Under the pieces are notes generated by a model. The model was not told the DNA's origin. It saw only the letters and a program-made list of their open reading frames with translations, and made no database searches. 64,000 nucleotides of DNA from a virus, in the IMG/VR virus record IMGVR_UViG_3300046115_000180. One strand, given 5' to 3'. Shown piece by piece: positions 61,412-64,000 of this stretch. Both the position numbers and the translations under genes were made by a program. Position 1 is the first letter of the stretch, and each line of letters begins with the position of its first letter.

Positions 61412-61609
61412 ATGACGGGTCCAGACAGTCACACAGAAGACCCGATTCCCAGCGCTGCGCTGTGTGGAATACTGCGGGCGCTCGAAGCGAGCGGCTCACT
61501 GAACTACGTCCTCCATGTCGTCGACTGGCAGCGCGCGGGCATTAAAAAATCCGAGCTTCAGAAATGGTGGCTCGACCATAAAGCGTGTGATGTCGACCGG
61601 GATAGTTGA
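61412..61609 (+). CDS. hypothetical protein (65 aa)
   Basis: More protein-like than the overlapping Arg-rich frame 61357..61545. Confidence 0.4.
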   Translation: MTGPDSHTEDPIPSAALCGILRALEASGSLNYVLHVVDWQRAGIKKSELQKWWLDHKACDVDRDS

Positions 61610-63110
61610 ACTCCTTCGTCCGCACCAGATCGCGCCGGTAAATCGGCTGGTGGCAATCCTGGATCGATACCAATCGGCTGTCGATCTCTCGGACATGGGC
61701 ACCGGCAAGACCTTCGTCGGCGCCGCGGTGGCTACAATTCTTCAGTTGCCGACTCTCGTCGTGGTGCCGAAGGTTGCCGTCACCGCATGGGAGCGCGCCG
61801 CATCGCACTTCGATGAGACATTCTCGGTCCTCGGCTACGAAAAACTCCGGACTGGGCATACGCCGTTTGGTTGGTGGGATAACCCTCCGCCTGCTAATGT
61901 GGCTGAGTTGATTGAATATTTTAAGTGTCAGTGCTGCCAACTAAAAGTAGACCTTACAAAAATCCAGCCGTGCTATACCCATCACCTCGGCATCCATTGC
62001 GTCGAGACGAAACGGAAGTCCTGGAACTACGGCAAGTTTAACTTTCACCCGGGCGTTCGGTTTGTTATTTTCGACGAAATGCAGCGCTGCGGTGGGCTTG
62101 ACAGTCTTAACGCAGAAATGATGATTGCCGCCAAACGCCAGAACATAAAGATGCTTGGGATCTCTGCTACCGCCGCGTGTAATCCGCTCGGCATGCGTGC
62201 ATTTGGCTACAACTTGGATCTCCACAATGATAAACACGACTTGCTCGGTAGTTCAGCCGTAGGGTATGCTCAACTAAAATATCGCGCGCGACCGAATTTT
62301 TATCGCTGGGCGGCTCAGTATGGCTGCCGGCGAGATGTGCGGTTTCATGGTTTCAAGTGGATGGCCGGTCGCGAGCAGCAACTTTCTGTCATGGCGCAGA
62401 TCCGTGACTCTTTTCTCTCTGAGCGGGGCGTGCGCGTTACGACGGCCGAGATCCCCGGCTTCCCGAAGTGCGACATCACTGCGGAGCTATACGACCTGGA
62501 TGAAAATGGCACCATCGACCGGCTATACGACGAAATGGCGGACGCAATCGCTGAACTCGACGAGCGCACGGCCGACGAGGTTTCTGCCGAGCACCCGCTT
62601 ACGAAAATTCTGCGCGCGCGGCAACGGATTGAGTTGCTCAAGGTGCCGATTGCCGTCGAACTCGCGCGCGACTACATCGACAAGGGCTTTTCTATCGGGA
62701 TTTTCGTCAACTTTGTGCAGACCATGCGGGAGCTTCAAGCGCGGCTCAAAACCGATTGCATCATCGACGGCTCCCCTTCGGGTATTCGACATCGCCAGCG
62801 CAACATCGACCGATTCAACTCGCACGAATCCCGGCTGATACTCATTAACAGTGAGGCGGGCGGCGTCGCAGTATCCCTTCCGGACAGGACCGGGCAACAC
62901 CCGCGGGTCGGACTTGTGTTCCCAGGGTTTTCTGCGTCGACTTTTCGTCAGGTCACGGGCCGGTTCCCGCGCGAGGACTCCAAGTCGAACTGCTCTTATC
63001 GAGTAGTGCTCGCCGCAAAAACCGTCGAAGAGAAAATTAAAAGGACTTTAGATCAAAAGCTTGCCAATCTCGATTGTTTAAACGACGCCGATTTTATTCC
63101 CCAAGCTTAA
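61590..63110 (+). CDS. SNF2/DEAD-like superfamily 2 helicase
   Basis: LRPHQ, motif I DMGTGKT, motif II VIFDEMQRC, and a C-terminal helicase lobe (LINSEAGGVAVSL, FRQVTGRFPR). Confidence 0.8.
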   Translation: MSTGIVELLRPHQIAPVNRLVAILDRYQSAVDLSDMGTGKTFVGAAVATILQLPTLVVVPKVAVTAWERAASHFDETFSVLGYEKLRTGHTPFGWWDNPPPANVAELIEYFKCQCCQLKVDLTKIQPCYTHHLGIHCVETKRKSWNYGKFNFHPGVRFVIFDEMQRCGGLDSLNAEMMIAAKRQNIKMLGISATAACNPLGMRAFGYNLDLHNDKHDLLGSSAVGYAQLKYRARPNFYRWAAQYGCRRDVRFHGFKWMAGREQQLSVMAQIRDSFLSERGVRVTTAEIPGFPKCDITAELYDLDENGTIDRLYDEMADAIAELDERTADEVSAEHPLTKILRARQRIELLKVPIAVELARDYIDKGFSIGIFVNFVQTMRELQARLKTDCIIDGSPSGIRHRQRNIDRFNSHESRLILINSEAGGVAVSLPDRTGQHPRVGLVFPGFSASTFRQVTGRFPREDSKSNCSYRVVLAAKTVEEKIKRTLDQKLANLDCLNDADFIPQA

Positions 63111-63201
63111 AATGTGCCGAACGCCCGGGAGCAATGAATATTATGATAAAAAGAAAATTAACGGCAATATCGGGGAGCGGGCACTGATTGAATAGTCGCA
63201 T

Positions 63202-64000
63202 ATGAGCGAAGAACGAGTCCATCATCCCTACTCTCCGTCGAGCCTTCAATCCCTGGAGGCATGTCCTTGTTATCAGTCTCGGTCGAGCGATCACGTCCGG
63301 ACGATTATCGGGACGATTGCCCACAAGTCCGTTGAGACTCGCCAGGATGACAATCGACTCGACGACGATGACGCCGCGGCAGTCGCAGAATGCGCGGACT
63401 TTTTCGAGCGCCGAAAATACCTGATGGTCGAAGAGAGTAAGGGATTGCCCATTCTCGAATTAACGGAAGCATATCTTCCGATTGACGACTTGAAATTTGA
63501 GGACGGCATTGAAGCGACTACGGCGGGATACGTGGACCACGGAATCATTTCGGGGGATAGAACGAGGGCGGAGTTGATTGACTATAAGTTCGGCCTGTGG
63601 CCCATTGAGCAGGCGTCCAATAATTTGCAGGGCATCGCGTATGCCCTGGGAATTTTTCGTGCATATCCAACGTTGCGGGAAGTGAAATTCTTTTTTAAGC
63701 AACCCCTGATTCACAGCATCCAGGAAGCGACTTTCACCCGGGAGCAGATTCCGCAGTTGTATCTGCGGGTCCAGGTCGTCGTCGCGGAGGCGCGCGAAGC
63801 CCGGCGGTTGATGAAACTCAACGACTGGAGCAAAGCGCGGCCGATGGTGCCGGCTTGTAACTTTTGCGACAACATCGGGCTTTGTCCGAAGGTCGCGGAG
63901 TTTGCCTGCAGGGTCGGTTCCAAGTTTTTCCCACTGGAGATCCCGGAGGATATCACCCCGTCGAGGATTCACTCGCCGGAGAATACCACTCTCGGACTTC
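63202..64000 (+). CDS. Cas4/RecB-family PD-(D/E)xK exonuclease with Fe-S cysteines, 3' end outside window
   Basis: Not in the ORF track (no stop inside the window). Motifs present: LEACPCY, GYVDHG, ELIDYKFG, NNLQGIAYAL, ACNFCDNIGLCP. Confidence 0.7.
   Translation, partial: MSEERVHHPYSPSSLQSLEACPCYQSRSSDHVRTIIGTIAHKSVETRQDDNRLDDDDAAAVAECADFFERRKYLMVEESKGLPILELTEAYLPIDDLKFEDGIEATTAGYVDHGIISGDRTRAELIDYKFGLWPIEQASNNLQGIAYALGIFRAYPTLREVKFFFKQPLIHSIQEATFTREQIPQLYLRVQVVVAEAREARRLMKLNDWSKARPMVPACNFCDNIGLCPKVAEFACRVGSKFFPLEIPEDITPSRIHSPENTTLGL

Overview
The window reads as a large contiguous piece of a tailed dsDNA phage or prophage. It looks GC-rich by eye. Genes are tightly packed, with many ATGA/TAATG stop-start overlaps and few Shine-Dalgarno-like sites.

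There are three blocks:
(i) 1-2.9 kb, plus strand: a RuvC-like resolvase (5' truncated) and an HTH-fused Mre11/SbcD-type phosphoesterase.
(ii) 2.8-49.2 kb, minus strand: the virion/late block. In transcription order it holds a 220-aa protein, a GIY-YIG endonuclease, an ~800-bp non-coding island, an L7/L12-CTD-like protein, small membrane proteins, a trypsin-like protease, tail fibre and tailspike-like genes, a self-contained serine-recombinase cassette, large terminase, portal and a scaffold-like protein. A six-gene GDP-sugar/glycosyltransferase cluster follows, then the putative major capsid protein, a holin/u-spanin-like pair, collagen-like fibres, further structural proteins, an HNH-AP2 endonuclease, Ala/Gln-rich internal-protein-like genes, a 2174-aa multidomain protein and endonuclease VII.
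(iii) 49.2-64 kb, plus strand: the early/DNA-metabolism block. It holds many small ORFs, a tRNA-like element, an Ala-rich tetrapeptide-repeat protein, an SbcC/Rad50-like ATPase, a dNMP-kinase-like protein, a DUF4406-like protein, an SNF2-type helicase and a Cas4/RecB-like nuclease (3' truncated).

No tape-measure, sheath, DNA polymerase, reverse transcriptase or CRISPR array was recognised.

The most interesting observations are:
- An orientation-specific 8-mer GCACTGTT sits a few nt upstream of many start codons. It may be a phage-specific promoter (leaderless mRNAs) or a non-SD initiation signal.
- A GDP-6-deoxyhexose pathway plus four glycosyltransferase-like genes is inserted between scaffold and capsid genes.
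- The giant protein is punctuated by five QFQP linkers.
- The non-coding island carries a duplicated promoter, a candidate sRNA and clustered GATC/CCGGATCG repeats.
- The palindrome GTTTAAAC is over-represented.

All functional calls rest on motif recognition by eye. No searches were run.
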